NCBI GenBank assembly: GCA_963727255.1
Contig: CAVSFC010000002.1
Span: 224,001 to 288,000, forward strand
From: an uncultured bacterium
GTDB taxonomy: Bacteria > Babelota > Babeliae > Babelales > Vermiphilaceae
Direction: 5' to 3'
DNA: 64,000 nucleotides
The notes below the pieces were generated by a model, which was given only the letters and a program-made list of their open reading frames with translations, made no database searches and was not told where the DNA came from. How positions within the stretch are numbered: position 1 is the first letter of the stretch; every line of letters starts with the position of its first letter. Both the position numbers and the translations under genes were made by a program. Of this stretch, positions 1 through 10,369 are shown piece after piece.

Positions 1-162
1 AGCCAATCCTTGAAACTGTCAGTCAAAAGGTAAATCCAGGCAAAAAGGGAATGTATAAATATTTTTATATTCCTGGTCTTTTTAAATATTAGTTCTCAAA
101 ATTTTGTTTGCTTGCCATAAAATAGAAGTTCATTTAGGTTATTCCAAAAAGGGATAATCTCA

Positions 163-1290
163 ATGAACTACTTATATTTATTAGTCTTATTAATAATTAA
201 TTTTACCTGTATTGCAAAAAAAACCTATCACTGCGCGATCACCCATAAAGTAGAAGCTTGGCGCCGTTTGGGCGACAATATCATTACCGTTTGCAAAACT
301 CAGTATTTTGCTGAACATTGTGGATTAAAAATTATCTATAAGCAGTTTACTTATGCCGACCAATTCAAGTTTTCTGAGACTGGAACTTTCTTGACTGATG
401 AGCTGCAGAAGCAGTACTCAAAAATTGTACCAGTAAATAGAATGCAAGATATTGAAGAAGCCCTCAAATCTGGGGAATCCATTTTATTTGAAGTACATTT
501 TTTGAGCGAAACGCCATGGCTCTATGCTTATAGCCGGCAAAATCAAGAGTTCGAGAATACTATCAAAAAATTATTTACACCAATCATTAAAATTGATCCA
601 CTACCAAAACCTCAAAGCGTCGTTACAGTTGCTTTGCATGTTCGCAAGGGTGGTGGCTTTGATATGCCACTAGCATCGCAGCAGGAATATACAATTGATG
701 AGCCTATCACTGGAATTTATCTCAAAAAAAATATGCCACTTAATTCCAATACTGATGTCTGGCCAATCAAATGGCCAGCGGGTTTTAAATATATTGAAGC
801 GGTAAAAAATTTTATTGCAAAAAAAACACGCTTTTCAGATTATGTTTGGCCAATAAAATTTCCCCCGGATCAATATTATATTGATCATCTAAAATATTTA
901 AGTGATTTTCTTTGCGATAAGCAATTATTAGTCTATCTATTTACCGATGATCCTAATCCTACTGATATCGTAAACCGATATAGCAAGGCTCTTGAAGATT
1001 GTCCTCGCATAATATTTTCTTATCGAGAAACAGGGAACCATCATACCAAAAATGTGATCCAAGATCTTTTTGCACTAACGCAATGCGATTGTTTGATTAG
1101 TGCAAGTTCATCATTTGCTCATGTTGCTGAATTATTGGGAAATCATTCAATTCTGATTATGCCAACCCATGCGATTACGTTACCGGATAAAATAATAATG
1201 AATAAGGTTGCTGTCTTTGGTGTAAATAATGCAAGTGATTCAAGCAAGAGGACGTTGCATCATTCTGAATTATCATACAAGATTAAATGA
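163..1290 (+). CDS. Secreted/anchored glycosyltransferase, GT11/alpha-1,2-fucosyltransferase-like
   Basis: Motifs RLGDNI, ALHVRKGG, FTDDP and DLFALTQCDCLISASSSF resemble the GT11 GDP-fucose-binding motifs; N-terminal hydrophobic signal. Confidence 0.6.
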   Translation: MNYLYLLVLLIINFTCIAKKTYHCAITHKVEAWRRLGDNIITVCKTQYFAEHCGLKIIYKQFTYADQFKFSETGTFLTDELQKQYSKIVPVNRMQDIEEALKSGESILFEVHFLSETPWLYAYSRQNQEFENTIKKLFTPIIKIDPLPKPQSVVTVALHVRKGGGFDMPLASQQEYTIDEPITGIYLKKNMPLNSNTDVWPIKWPAGFKYIEAVKNFIAKKTRFSDYVWPIKFPPDQYYIDHLKYLSDFLCDKQLLVYLFTDDPNPTDIVNRYSKALEDCPRIIFSYRETGNHHTKNVIQDLFALTQCDCLISASSSFAHVAELLGNHSILIMPTHAITLPDKIIMNKVAVFGVNNASDSSKRTLHHSELSYKIK

Positions 1291-1343
1291 GAACTCAATC
1301 TTTTATGTAAGAATTCATTATCACATGAAACAACAATGAATAT

Positions 1344-4300
1344 TTAAAGTTCCATTTTAAATAATTTAAATTCTCTTTTAATCTCTTGGAACTCTTTATG
1401 CAGCAGATCCATTTCTTCTTGCTGCATTGCCAATTGCAATTGCTGATCTTCCAACATTTTCTGATGCACTTGAAGTTGTTGAATTTGGGCTGCTGCTAGT
1501 GTATCTTCTCTGATATATGCAAGACCACTGTCGGTCTTTCCTATTAATTCAGGCCAAACTTCACAAACCTGTTCTTTTATTAACCCGAGTTCAGTAGTTG
1601 AATCAGTTCTCTTTTTACTTCTAAAAGTCGATAATTCGAGTGATAAAAGTTTTTCCGATGTATTCCTCTTAATACTTTCATCATCAAATATATCCGCATC
1701 CTCTTCGGCCGAGAAAGGAATCGATAAAAAACAATTAGGGCATTCCCCGTAAATCAATTGCCCGAGTGGTGTAATTTGGACAAAAGGAAATGGGAGCACA
1801 TTAAAAATATCAGTCATGCCATAAAAATAAGCCCCTTTGTTAACTACGGCATTGCCAATTGCTATAACACCTGGAGGAACGGGTATCACCGTACCTATGC
1901 CTATTGCAAAATCTCCCTGAGTGGTTACTTCCGCCCCAATTGCAATACACCTAACGCCTAATGCCGTAGACCCTTCACCCACCGCAACACCATTAACAAT
2001 AGCTTTTGCACCAGAACCGATAGCTATTGAACCCTCACCAGCTGCGTTTGAAGGAGAACCGATTGCTATGCAATTATCGCCAGGCACAATCGCAGCTGCA
2101 CCTATACCAATGCACGATTTTCCCGTGCTATTAGCTGCTTCACCAATTGCTATGTCACTCACACCTTTTGATTGGCTTCCAGATCCTATTGCAATCGAGC
2201 CCACACCAATTGCCATTGCTCCTTGCTTTGGAAGCGGTCCCCCTCCAATCGCAATTGCTGAGTTTGTGACAGGACAAGATGCATTTGCTCCGATTGCGAC
2301 GTTACAAGCAACCGCATTTCCGAAAACATTTGCAAGATAGCCGATAGCAACATTTTTACCAGTAGGCGCTCCGCCTGTACTAGCTACGTAACCAATCGCA
2401 GTGTCAAATATTGTACCTGCAGAACAACTTGCTCCTATTCCAACACATCCGTAAGTTGCGAAAGACAAGCTTCCAACAGCAACGCCATAATTGAAAGCAC
2501 TCTTGGAAATATAACCTACACTAACATTATAATCTCCTACTGATAGCGCGGTAAAGCCTGCGAGTGTATTATATATACCTAGAGTTTGACAATTATAACC
2601 TATACCAGTATTGCCAATACCGGGTTCAAATGCTGAAAGTGCATAGCTGCCAACGGCTGTATTATAACTTCCCAAATTTTCACCAAGAGCTCCAAAGCCA
2701 CATGCAGTATTATCATAAAGAGGAGTATAGGAAGGAAGATCAATGAGACCAAAAAAGACAGAATTGTCAGCAATCATGGCATTCATGCCTACTGCAGTAT
2801 TACGCGCTCCATAAACTGTTGATCCCAGCGCATTAGTTCCTAGAGCAGTATTATAATACCCGAGCACATTATATTCCATTGCACTATTGCCAACTGCAGT
2901 ATTATAAAATACCAGATTATATTCTAAGGCTGATCCACCTACGGCTGTATTATAGAAACCAACTAAATTATATGCTAATGCATCAGATCCAATGGCAGTA
3001 TTATAACTTCCACCTATATTATAAGTCAGTGATCCAGTACCAACCGCTGTATTAAAATATCCAATGGTATTAAAGCCCAGTGCATCTGCGCCTATTGCGG
3101 TATTCCAAAATGATTGGTTATATTGTAATGCAGATGTTCCCACCGCCGTATTCCAATAACCGATAGTATTATATTGAAAAGCATGGCTACCGACTGCGGT
3201 ATTAAATGCTCCATCTAAATTATATTGCATTGCTTCAAAACCAACTGCGGTATTTTCATACCCATGCGTATTGCGCTCTAAGGCTGAAGTTCCGACCGCA
3301 GTAATAGCCGATTCTTGATTATCATGCAATGCATTAAACCCTATTGCCACACAATCATCAACATCAGTTGCATCGTGAAGTGCTTGCGATCCCCATACCG
3401 TATTATGATTGCTTCCTGCTAACGTAACCGCTGCTTGTGCACCGCCAATAGTATTATCAGTTCCGGTGCGATCATTTTGAAGTGCTTGGCAGCCAAATGC
3501 AGAATTTCTTACTCCAATTTGATTATTCTGCATGGCGCTCTCACCAACGGCTGTATTTGAAGTACCATTAGCAACCGGGTTAGTATTATCACCAACTGAA
3601 AGATTACAGTTTGCTTTGCTCGTTGCTACAACGGTGCTTCCATTAATCGTTATATAATAGGTGGTATTAATGGGGCCTTCTACATTAAGCGGACCATACA
3701 CATCCAAATATTCATTGATCGTTGCTCCTTGATTTACTTGCAACCATCCCTCAAGCGTGGTATTTCCGCACACATAGAGATTTTTGCCAATCCCAACGCC
3801 GCCATCAACTACTAATGCTCCATCGGTACACGAATCGGAATTAGTACTATTAATCACATGCAGTTGACCACAGACATTCAGATCACCCGCAATGCCAACA
3901 CCGCCACCAACAGTCAGTGCGCCGTCGGTGCAATCAGTGCTTTGCGTGGTATTGGTTATTGCGACTTGCCCGCAGATATTCGCATTTTTACCGATGCCAA
4001 TACCTCCACCAACTATAAGCGCACCTGAATCACAATTTGAGCTTTGCGTAGTATTAGTAATGGTAACTGGCCCTTGTGATGTTATCGATCCACACACATT
4101 TAAATTTCCACGAATTCCCACGCCGCCATCAACTACCAATGCACCATTAGTACAATTGGTACTATTCGTGGTATTTAAAATATGTTCAGTTCCACCGACA
4201 TTCAGATTCCCTTGAATTCCCACGCCCCCATTAACCACTAAGGCTCCGGTAAATGTATCAACGCTATCGGTATTATTGGTTATCTCAACTTGGCCGGTAA

Positions 4301-4817
4301 AATTAGTGGTACCGCGAACCGTTTGGCCTATTGCAATAGCAGCCGCAGTTGTCGCACACACAGAGTTCACGGCTGCGCATGCTGGTTGCGTGATGCATGA
4401 TGATCCGATACTGGTGCTCATTGTTGTAATTGGGCAAGCACGCGTTTCTAGTTTGGTCGGCGCTTGCATGATATCTTTTTTTAATTTTCCCACATACAGC
4501 TTGAGCGATTCTGCTTGCGCGGGATCTTTTTTTTCTGCAATCATGCAAGCATCATCCAGTTCACGCAGCGCTTCTTGAATAATATGCTGATCAATCAAAT
4601 TGTTATTATTATCAGCTTCTTTCATAAGTTGAGAGAATGCGGGCATAGCGCTGAGCATTTTTTTATCAATTTTATCTTTTACAATATGCAAACGCTTGGC
4701 AACTTTACGCGGAATCTCAACATGCAAAATTTCTACTGAAGCAGATTCATTGCATACGAGTGATAAGGCAAACGCAAGAATTATAAATAGTGCATGGATT
4801 ATATTAGTCTTCATCAC
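1344..4817 (-). CDS. Large trimeric fibre/adhesin-like protein (GALVVDGGVGI repeats, 14-aa NTAVG repeats, YadA-head-like AIAIG repeats, degenerate peptidase-S74-like chaperone and coiled coil at the C-terminus)
   Basis: 1157-aa ORF with signal peptide; repeats visible in the translation; C-terminal ...KLLSLELSTF...LGLIKEQVCEVWPELI resembles the S74 intramolecular chaperone. Confidence 0.7.
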   Translation of the reverse strand: MMKTNIIHALFIILAFALSLVCNESASVEILHVEIPRKVAKRLHIVKDKIDKKMLSAMPAFSQLMKEADNNNNLIDQHIIQEALRELDDACMIAEKKDPAQAESLKLYVGKLKKDIMQAPTKLETRACPITTMSTSIGSSCITQPACAAVNSVCATTAAAIAIGQTVRGTTNFTGQVEITNNTDSVDTFTGALVVNGGVGIQGNLNVGGTEHILNTTNSTNCTNGALVVDGGVGIRGNLNVCGSITSQGPVTITNTTQSSNCDSGALIVGGGIGIGKNANICGQVAITNTTQSTDCTDGALTVGGGVGIAGDLNVCGQLHVINSTNSDSCTDGALVVDGGVGIGKNLYVCGNTTLEGWLQVNQGATINEYLDVYGPLNVEGPINTTYYITINGSTVVATSKANCNLSVGDNTNPVANGTSNTAVGESAMQNNQIGVRNSAFGCQALQNDRTGTDNTIGGAQAAVTLAGSNHNTVWGSQALHDATDVDDCVAIGFNALHDNQESAITAVGTSALERNTHGYENTAVGFEAMQYNLDGAFNTAVGSHAFQYNTIGYWNTAVGTSALQYNQSFWNTAIGADALGFNTIGYFNTAVGTGSLTYNIGGSYNTAIGSDALAYNLVGFYNTAVGGSALEYNLVFYNTAVGNSAMEYNVLGYYNTALGTNALGSTVYGARNTAVGMNAMIADNSVFFGLIDLPSYTPLYDNTACGFGALGENLGSYNTAVGSYALSAFEPGIGNTGIGYNCQTLGIYNTLAGFTALSVGDYNVSVGYISKSAFNYGVAVGSLSFATYGCVGIGASCSAGTIFDTAIGYVASTGGAPTGKNVAIGYLANVFGNAVACNVAIGANASCPVTNSAIAIGGGPLPKQGAMAIGVGSIAIGSGSQSKGVSDIAIGEAANSTGKSCIGIGAAAIVPGDNCIAIGSPSNAAGEGSIAIGSGAKAIVNGVAVGEGSTALGVRCIAIGAEVTTQGDFAIGIGTVIPVPPGVIAIGNAVVNKGAYFYGMTDIFNVLPFPFVQITPLGQLIYGECPNCFLSIPFSAEEDADIFDDESIKRNTSEKLLSLELSTFRSKKRTDSTTELGLIKEQVCEVWPELIGKTDSGLAYIREDTLAAAQIQQLQVHQKMLEDQQLQLAMQQEEMDLLHKEFQEIKREFKLFKMEL

Positions 4818-4957
4818 TGTAACCTTCTTAATTTTTCTAAAACTTTTTCATACTAAACTAATAAAAAAAAAATTTATAAGTCAATGAACCTTACTTTTTT
4901 GTATTCTTGCATTTTGATTTGTTTTTCAGTAATGATTCTAAATAAAGATTCATTCTA

Positions 4958-6601
4958 GTGGAAAGGAGTTCTGTGAAGATAATTAAGTGGTACTTATATC
5001 TTATATTTTTTTTATTGCTAGGGATGACCGATGCGCAATCCCTTGTCAATCCTTCTTTAGTAACTCGCCAATGCCCCGGAGGCGTATGCTCCTCCTGTTC
5101 GTCGGGATTTTGCCCTTCGAACTTTATATGCCCATCGAGCTCTTCCAGCAGCAGTACTGCCACAGGAGGCTGTGCCAATTGCACAACATTCTGCTGTATT
5201 AATGCGCAAAACCTTACGGTAAACAACACCCTCACGGTCGCTTGTGAAAATATTTCCGGCAATTTAACCGTTGGAGGAAGCGTTCTGATCGGTGGCGCTT
5301 TAATTGTTGAAGGAAATAGCGATTTAAAAGGGGATGTGTGCGCTGAACAAAATTTATCGGTCGGTGATAATGCAACGATTGGCGGCAATGAGACCATCGC
5401 CGGAAGTTTAAACGTAAATAATGGGGCAATTATTAGTGGTCCATTAGTAATTAACGGTAATGAAACCGTTAATGGTTCAATCACCGTAACTAATAATGAA
5501 CAAATCAATGGCACATTAACGGTTGGCGCGAGCGGCACCATCGGCGGATTACTAACAGCCCTGGGCGGACTATCAGTTTTTAATGGTGAAACCATAAACA
5601 ATGGTGGATTAGTTATTTTAAGCGGCGGTGCAAATATCACGGGCGATGTTACTATCAGTGGCGATCAAACATTAGATAATTTAGAAGTACTTGGCAGTCT
5701 CACCGTTGACGGAAACTCTTTTTTCAATGGTTGTAACACCACCATTAACGGCACCTTGACTACCGATGGCCCGGTAACTATGAATAAGGGATTAACAATT
5801 GCATCCGGCAATGAAGTGATTAGCACAGGAAATTTAACGCTCACTGCGGGAAATTTAACCGTTGGTGGCCAATCAATATTTAATGGGCCGGTAACCACAA
5901 ACAACGGCGCCACCATAAATAACGGGTTAACCGTATTCGGCGGAGAAACAATCGCAACGGGTAATCTCACTATCGCAACGTGCGGGAATGCAACCATTGG
6001 CGGCACCTTAAGCGTTACTAATCAGATCGTGAGCCCTTCAGCAGGAACGCTCAGCGATCTTCTTTTGACCGATAGCCTTAATAGCACGAGTCCATCAACC
6101 GGAACACTTATAGTTAAAGGAGGCGTTGGAATTGCGCAAGATTTATGGATAGGCGGTAGTGAATTCTTCCAAGAAGTAGCAAATGAAGCGGGAACACCAA
6201 CCGCATTCAACTATTATGAAGAAATGTGTTTTCCAATGTCATTTACCTATGGGGCATCAACAACAACGATAAGCATTCAAGTGGTGCGTATCGGCAATTT
6301 GGTAAATCTCTTAATTCCAACCATGTTCTTTGGCGCGTCAGCAGCTCCAAGCACCATTAAATCAACCACTGTAATGCCGACTCGATTTGCTCCGGGCTGC
6401 ATTGTGCGCGGCGCAGCATCAACGGTTGTAAACACAGCAAGCCAATTGGGAGAATTCGAGGTGGATCCATCGGGGACCATCATTATCGGCCTTCCAGGCG
6501 CTGCACTCGGACCGCAGCCATTTACCTCAACTACAACAGTGCAGGCAGATATTAATACGATCACCTATAATAGATTAAGCTGTGGTTGCCCGACAACCTA
6601 A
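4958..6601 (+). CDS. Secreted Cys-rich beta-solenoid fibre protein (G-x-L-T-V repeats) with tail-fibre-like C-terminal head
   Basis: 547 aa; signal peptide, Cys cluster, hexapeptide G/N/T/V repeats, C-terminal NYYEE...VRIGNLVNLLIP...PTRFAP. Confidence 0.65.
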   Translation: MERSSVKIIKWYLYLIFFLLLGMTDAQSLVNPSLVTRQCPGGVCSSCSSGFCPSNFICPSSSSSSSTATGGCANCTTFCCINAQNLTVNNTLTVACENISGNLTVGGSVLIGGALIVEGNSDLKGDVCAEQNLSVGDNATIGGNETIAGSLNVNNGAIISGPLVINGNETVNGSITVTNNEQINGTLTVGASGTIGGLLTALGGLSVFNGETINNGGLVILSGGANITGDVTISGDQTLDNLEVLGSLTVDGNSFFNGCNTTINGTLTTDGPVTMNKGLTIASGNEVISTGNLTLTAGNLTVGGQSIFNGPVTTNNGATINNGLTVFGGETIATGNLTIATCGNATIGGTLSVTNQIVSPSAGTLSDLLLTDSLNSTSPSTGTLIVKGGVGIAQDLWIGGSEFFQEVANEAGTPTAFNYYEEMCFPMSFTYGASTTTISIQVVRIGNLVNLLIPTMFFGASAAPSTIKSTTVMPTRFAPGCIVRGAASTVVNTASQLGEFEVDPSGTIIIGLPGAALGPQPFTSTTTVQADINTITYNRLSCGCPTT

Positions 6602-6624
6602 ATTAAAAAGGAAAGGGATTCTTT

Positions 6625-8439
6625 GTGAAGATTCTTACCAGATTTATTATTCCTCTCCTGTTGTGCTCATGCATTTACTCGGATACGCATGCCAAAAGTA
6701 AAAAAACAAAACAGGAAAATACCTCGAAAGCAAATCAACCAACCAAACAATCGACTATTCCACCTTCCTGCGGGCCATGCACGAGTTTAATCTGTTCAGG
6801 CTCCTCGGGAGCAACGGGAATATCGGGATGCACAGGACCCAATTGTAGTGGCTGCACTGGGGGCAGCTTGGCCACCTTTTGCTGTTTGAGTGCAACCACA
6901 ACTATTAACGTGGTTGGCCAAACAACCATTGCCCAAAAAAATGTAATTGGTAATGTAGCAGTGGGGCTCTCTGGTGATATTAAGGATGATTTAACCGTTT
7001 CTGAAACTACTGATTTACAAGGCAACGTTTGTATGGAAGGCAACTTAAATGTTGGCCAAAATCTCTCAGTTGCTGGGCTTGCGGTAGTTCTTGGAAGTTT
7101 ACAAGTAGGCAATGGCGCAACGGTTAGCGGCAATCTACAAGAAAACGGCAATGTTACCGTAAATGGTTCGCTTCTTGCAACCGGCAATAAGCAAATGACC
7201 GGTACACTTTCTGTTGGCGGCAATGCAACATTTAGTGGTTTGCTCACCGCAAGTGGAGGATTATCAGTATACAACGGAGAAATTATTAACAGTGGTGGAT
7301 TAACCATCGTATGTTCAGGAGCGAGCGGTGCCACAGGAGCCACGGGAATCTCGGGCATCAGTGGATGCAGCGGCGCTCAGATTAATGGCGATATTTGCAT
7401 CACCGGTGATGAGATTATTAATGGTGATCTTTTTATTAGTGATTCTTTAACTATTGATGAGCTTGCTACATTTAATGGCAATGTAACCATTGGCACGAGC
7501 GGCCCGACCGGAAGTAATAGCGCCTTAATCACCAATAGCAGCGTTATTATGAACGATGGGCTAACTATTGCCGGAGGAGATGAAATAATCAATGCTGGCA
7601 GTTTAACAATTGCTAGTGGAACACTTATGGTTGGCGGAGCATCAACATTCCTTCAACCAATTACCACAAATGATGGAGTAATTATCCAAGGAGGGTTAAC
7701 GGTCAATGGTGGCCAGAATATAAATTTGGGCAATCTCGATGTGACTATTGGCAGTGCATTTATTAGTGGCGGATTAACCGTGAATGGTTCAATTTCCAGC
7801 TCAACCGGGATCTCTTCATTTGATTCATTAACACTCACCGATACATTAAACAGCCTTTGCCCAAGCGGACCAGCAGCAACGTTAGTAGTAGATGGCGGAG
7901 TAGGAGTTGCCAAAGATCTTTGGCTCGGCGGCGCAGAATATTTTGCGCAAGTTGCTACGCAAGGAGGAACACCAACTGCCCTTGATTATTATGAAGAAAG
8001 TTGCTTTTCTTCCGCATTTATTTGGGGAGGACAAACAGTAAACCCAGCAACAAGCGTACAGGTCAAGATAGTTCGTGTAGGAGATATCGTGAATCTTCTT
8101 ATTCCTGCATTTATTATTAGCAATCCGGGAACTCATATAGACGTAGTCAGCTCCGCAAGCCCACTACCCGCGCGCTTTAGACCCTTCACAACTATCCGTG
8201 GAGCAGCAGCCACCATCGTGAGCAATGCTCCAACCAGTGCGACGACTAGTATGGTTACCGGTGCATTGGGCGAATTTGATGTTGCGCCTTCTGGGACTAT
8301 CACATTTGGTTTGCCGGGATTAAATAATGCCATCGGCCCACAAACTATCAGTTCCGTTAATTACGTTGCAGTTGATTATAATACCATAACGTATCAATTA
8401 GGCGGATGCAGCACTACGTGCAAAATGCCTTGCACATAA
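6625..8439 (+). CDS. Paralog of the upstream fibre protein
   Basis: 604 aa; same architecture and shared C-terminal DYYEE...VRVGDIVNLLIP...PARFRP...RGAA block. Confidence 0.65.
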   Translation: MKILTRFIIPLLLCSCIYSDTHAKSKKTKQENTSKANQPTKQSTIPPSCGPCTSLICSGSSGATGISGCTGPNCSGCTGGSLATFCCLSATTTINVVGQTTIAQKNVIGNVAVGLSGDIKDDLTVSETTDLQGNVCMEGNLNVGQNLSVAGLAVVLGSLQVGNGATVSGNLQENGNVTVNGSLLATGNKQMTGTLSVGGNATFSGLLTASGGLSVYNGEIINSGGLTIVCSGASGATGATGISGISGCSGAQINGDICITGDEIINGDLFISDSLTIDELATFNGNVTIGTSGPTGSNSALITNSSVIMNDGLTIAGGDEIINAGSLTIASGTLMVGGASTFLQPITTNDGVIIQGGLTVNGGQNINLGNLDVTIGSAFISGGLTVNGSISSSTGISSFDSLTLTDTLNSLCPSGPAATLVVDGGVGVAKDLWLGGAEYFAQVATQGGTPTALDYYEESCFSSAFIWGGQTVNPATSVQVKIVRVGDIVNLLIPAFIISNPGTHIDVVSSASPLPARFRPFTTIRGAAATIVSNAPTSATTSMVTGALGEFDVAPSGTITFGLPGLNNAIGPQTISSVNYVAVDYNTITYQLGGCSTTCKMPCT

Positions 8440-8464
8440 TGCTATCGAATTGAAAACTTTCCTG

Positions 8465-8499
8465 GGGCACACGTACATTCTTGTGCCCTATTTTTTTTT
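8465..8499 (+). terminator. Intrinsic terminator after the fibre gene pair
   Basis: GGGCACA...TGTGCCC stem followed by a long T tract. Confidence 0.55.
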
Positions 8500-8545
8500 A
8501 AAGAACCTGAGTAAACTTCACTTTAAAAATTAAGGGAGTTAGTTT

Positions 8546-9622
8546 ATGAAAAAAAATGTATTAATCCTTTGTTTTACACTACTACTTTTTTGCAAATTAC
8601 CTGCAGATTTTTTTGAAAATCTTCTCATACCGCAAGAACAAGTGCCCAATACAATCTACTATCAACTGCTCCCTGCAGCAGACGATAAAAATCCAGGTAT
8701 CAGCTTTATCAAAAGTAGAGAATCTAAAACAATGTCATTAGAAGATGAATACTTAGAAATGCTCGATACTGCATTTACCGCAACTAAATTTATTGAAACC
8801 GGTACTTACGATGGGGGCACTACCGCAAAAGCTGCCTATCATTGGAATGTTGAAACTATCGAACTTAGCAAGGAACTTGCAGCAAAAGCAAAAAAACGTT
8901 TTGCTAAAAATAAGGAGATCAAAGTGCATCACGGAGATTCAATAAAGATCCTGCCAACTATTTTAAAATCAATTAATGATAAGCCCATCATTTTTCTCGA
9001 TGCTCATTTTAGCATGCATGATACTGCCAAGGGTTCAGAGAATACACCGATACTAACTGAATTGGATAAAATTAAGCACAGTAAAATTACCGATGCAATT
9101 CTTATTATTGATGATATTCGAATGTTTGATACCCATCTCACATCCATGAAAGATACTTTTGCCCAAGGATATCCAACCCTTAATCAGGTTGTTGAAAAAA
9201 TTCTTACGATTAATGATACCTATCAATGTGCCATAGTTTACGATACGCTCATTGCTTTTACTGCGGATGAACAAATTTGCGTATCTCCGGTGGTTAAAGC
9301 AGTAACCATGAGCAGGCTATATGATGGGCAAAATTATTTGATTGACGATATTATCTTAGCAGAACTGTGTATTGCGCATGCAAAAGATAAAGAAAAAGAA
9401 GCACTTGCAGATCTCGCTGAGCATTGGATTGAAGCCTGGAGCCAGAATGCTGGATTATCTCGGCATTATGCACTATGGATGGGATTATTAATGCTTGAAC
9501 ATGAAGATTATACTAAAGCAAAAATACATCTTTTAGAAGCGAAAAAGCGGGGACTGAAAGATTGGCGGATCGATTGGTATATCGCGATGGCTGAAGCGCA
9601 GTGTTTTTTTGATATACGATAA
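8546..9622 (+). CDS. Class I SAM-dependent methyltransferase-like protein with signal peptide and TPR-like C-terminus
   Basis: FIETGTYDGGT, TIELS, GDS, IFLDAH and IIDDIR motifs. Confidence 0.6.
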   Translation: MKKNVLILCFTLLLFCKLPADFFENLLIPQEQVPNTIYYQLLPAADDKNPGISFIKSRESKTMSLEDEYLEMLDTAFTATKFIETGTYDGGTTAKAAYHWNVETIELSKELAAKAKKRFAKNKEIKVHHGDSIKILPTILKSINDKPIIFLDAHFSMHDTAKGSENTPILTELDKIKHSKITDAILIIDDIRMFDTHLTSMKDTFAQGYPTLNQVVEKILTINDTYQCAIVYDTLIAFTADEQICVSPVVKAVTMSRLYDGQNYLIDDIILAELCIAHAKDKEKEALADLAEHWIEAWSQNAGLSRHYALWMGLLMLEHEDYTKAKIHLLEAKKRGLKDWRIDWYIAMAEAQCFFDIR

Positions 9623-9646
9623 TTATTTTTCAAGGTGAAAAAACCA

Positions 9647-9722
9647 CCGTTCGCTTCCCAGCCCTCGCGTATTCCGTTCGTGCTGACCTCTCGACTCACT
9701 ATGTTCGCTCGAGACGAACGGG
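9647..9722. repeat. GC-rich palindromic element (CCGTTCG...CGAACGG family), overlapping the orn 3' end
   Basis: Terminal inverted repeats and TCTCGACTC/GCTCGAGACGAACGG core shared with copies at 25909 and 48531. Confidence 0.6.
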
Positions 9723-10280
9723 AGAGTCGGATATAAAAAAGTATTTGCGATAATGGGCAAGCTCTTTAATTGAGCCCCGCACATCTTCTAGTGCCCGATG
9801 ATTATCGGGTTTTTCAAATTTAAGAAACTGGCTTTTAGGGTACCAGCGCTGGGCAAGCTCCTTAATGGAACTCACATCAATAATACGATAATGAAGATAA
9901 TCAACAATGCGTGGCATTGATTTACGCATAAAAGCACGATCCTGCCATACTGAATTGCCGCATAAAATGCCATCCTTAGGTGGACAATATTCTTTAATAA
10001 AATCTAATGTTTCTTCTTGCGCGACGGCGATTGTCATGGAAGATTTTTGCACCGCATCAATTAATCCGGTTTTGGTATGCTGGTTGCGAACCCAATCATC
10101 CATAAGATCAAGCGCTGCCTGTGGCTGATGAATAATTAATGCCGGCCCTTCAGCAACAATATTTAATTGATTGTCAGTGATAATGGTAGCGATTTCTAAA
10201 ATCACATCAATATCAGGATTAAGCCCCGTCATTTCCAAATCTAACCAAATTAAAAATTCTTTCTTCTTTGTCCCATTCAC
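9699..10280 (-). CDS. orn: Oligoribonuclease
   Basis: LIWLDLEMTGL, CGNSVWQDRAF, LHYRIIDVSSIKELA, HRALEDV. Confidence 0.95.
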   Translation of the reverse strand: MNGTKKKEFLIWLDLEMTGLNPDIDVILEIATIITDNQLNIVAEGPALIIHQPQAALDLMDDWVRNQHTKTGLIDAVQKSSMTIAVAQEETLDFIKEYCPPKDGILCGNSVWQDRAFMRKSMPRIVDYLHYRIIDVSSIKELAQRWYPKSQFLKFEKPDNHRALEDVRGSIKELAHYRKYFFISDSPVRLERT

Positions 10281-10369
10281 AATGGACCTTTCTTTTATGC
10301 AGCCTTATTTATGCGTATCATGCCTGAGCTGAGTTTGATTTTTCAATAGATGTGGGATGTAAGTCCATT

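Noticed and set aside
2780..3570. Periodic ~42-bp DNA repeats that could suggest a CRISPR array
   Set aside because: They encode 14-aa NTAVG protein repeats with synonymous variation; no invariant repeat/unique spacer pattern and no cas genes
1921..8333. Long antisense ORFs (e.g. 4891-5640, 6735-7358, 1921-2340)
   Set aside because: Shadows of Gly/Thr/Asn-rich repeat genes on the opposite strand; Pro/Leu-rich with no RBS or domain
1344..8439. Prophage or tailocin interpretation of the fibre genes
   Set aside because: No capsid, tube, sheath, baseplate, terminase or lysis genes; all three proteins have Sec-type signal peptides
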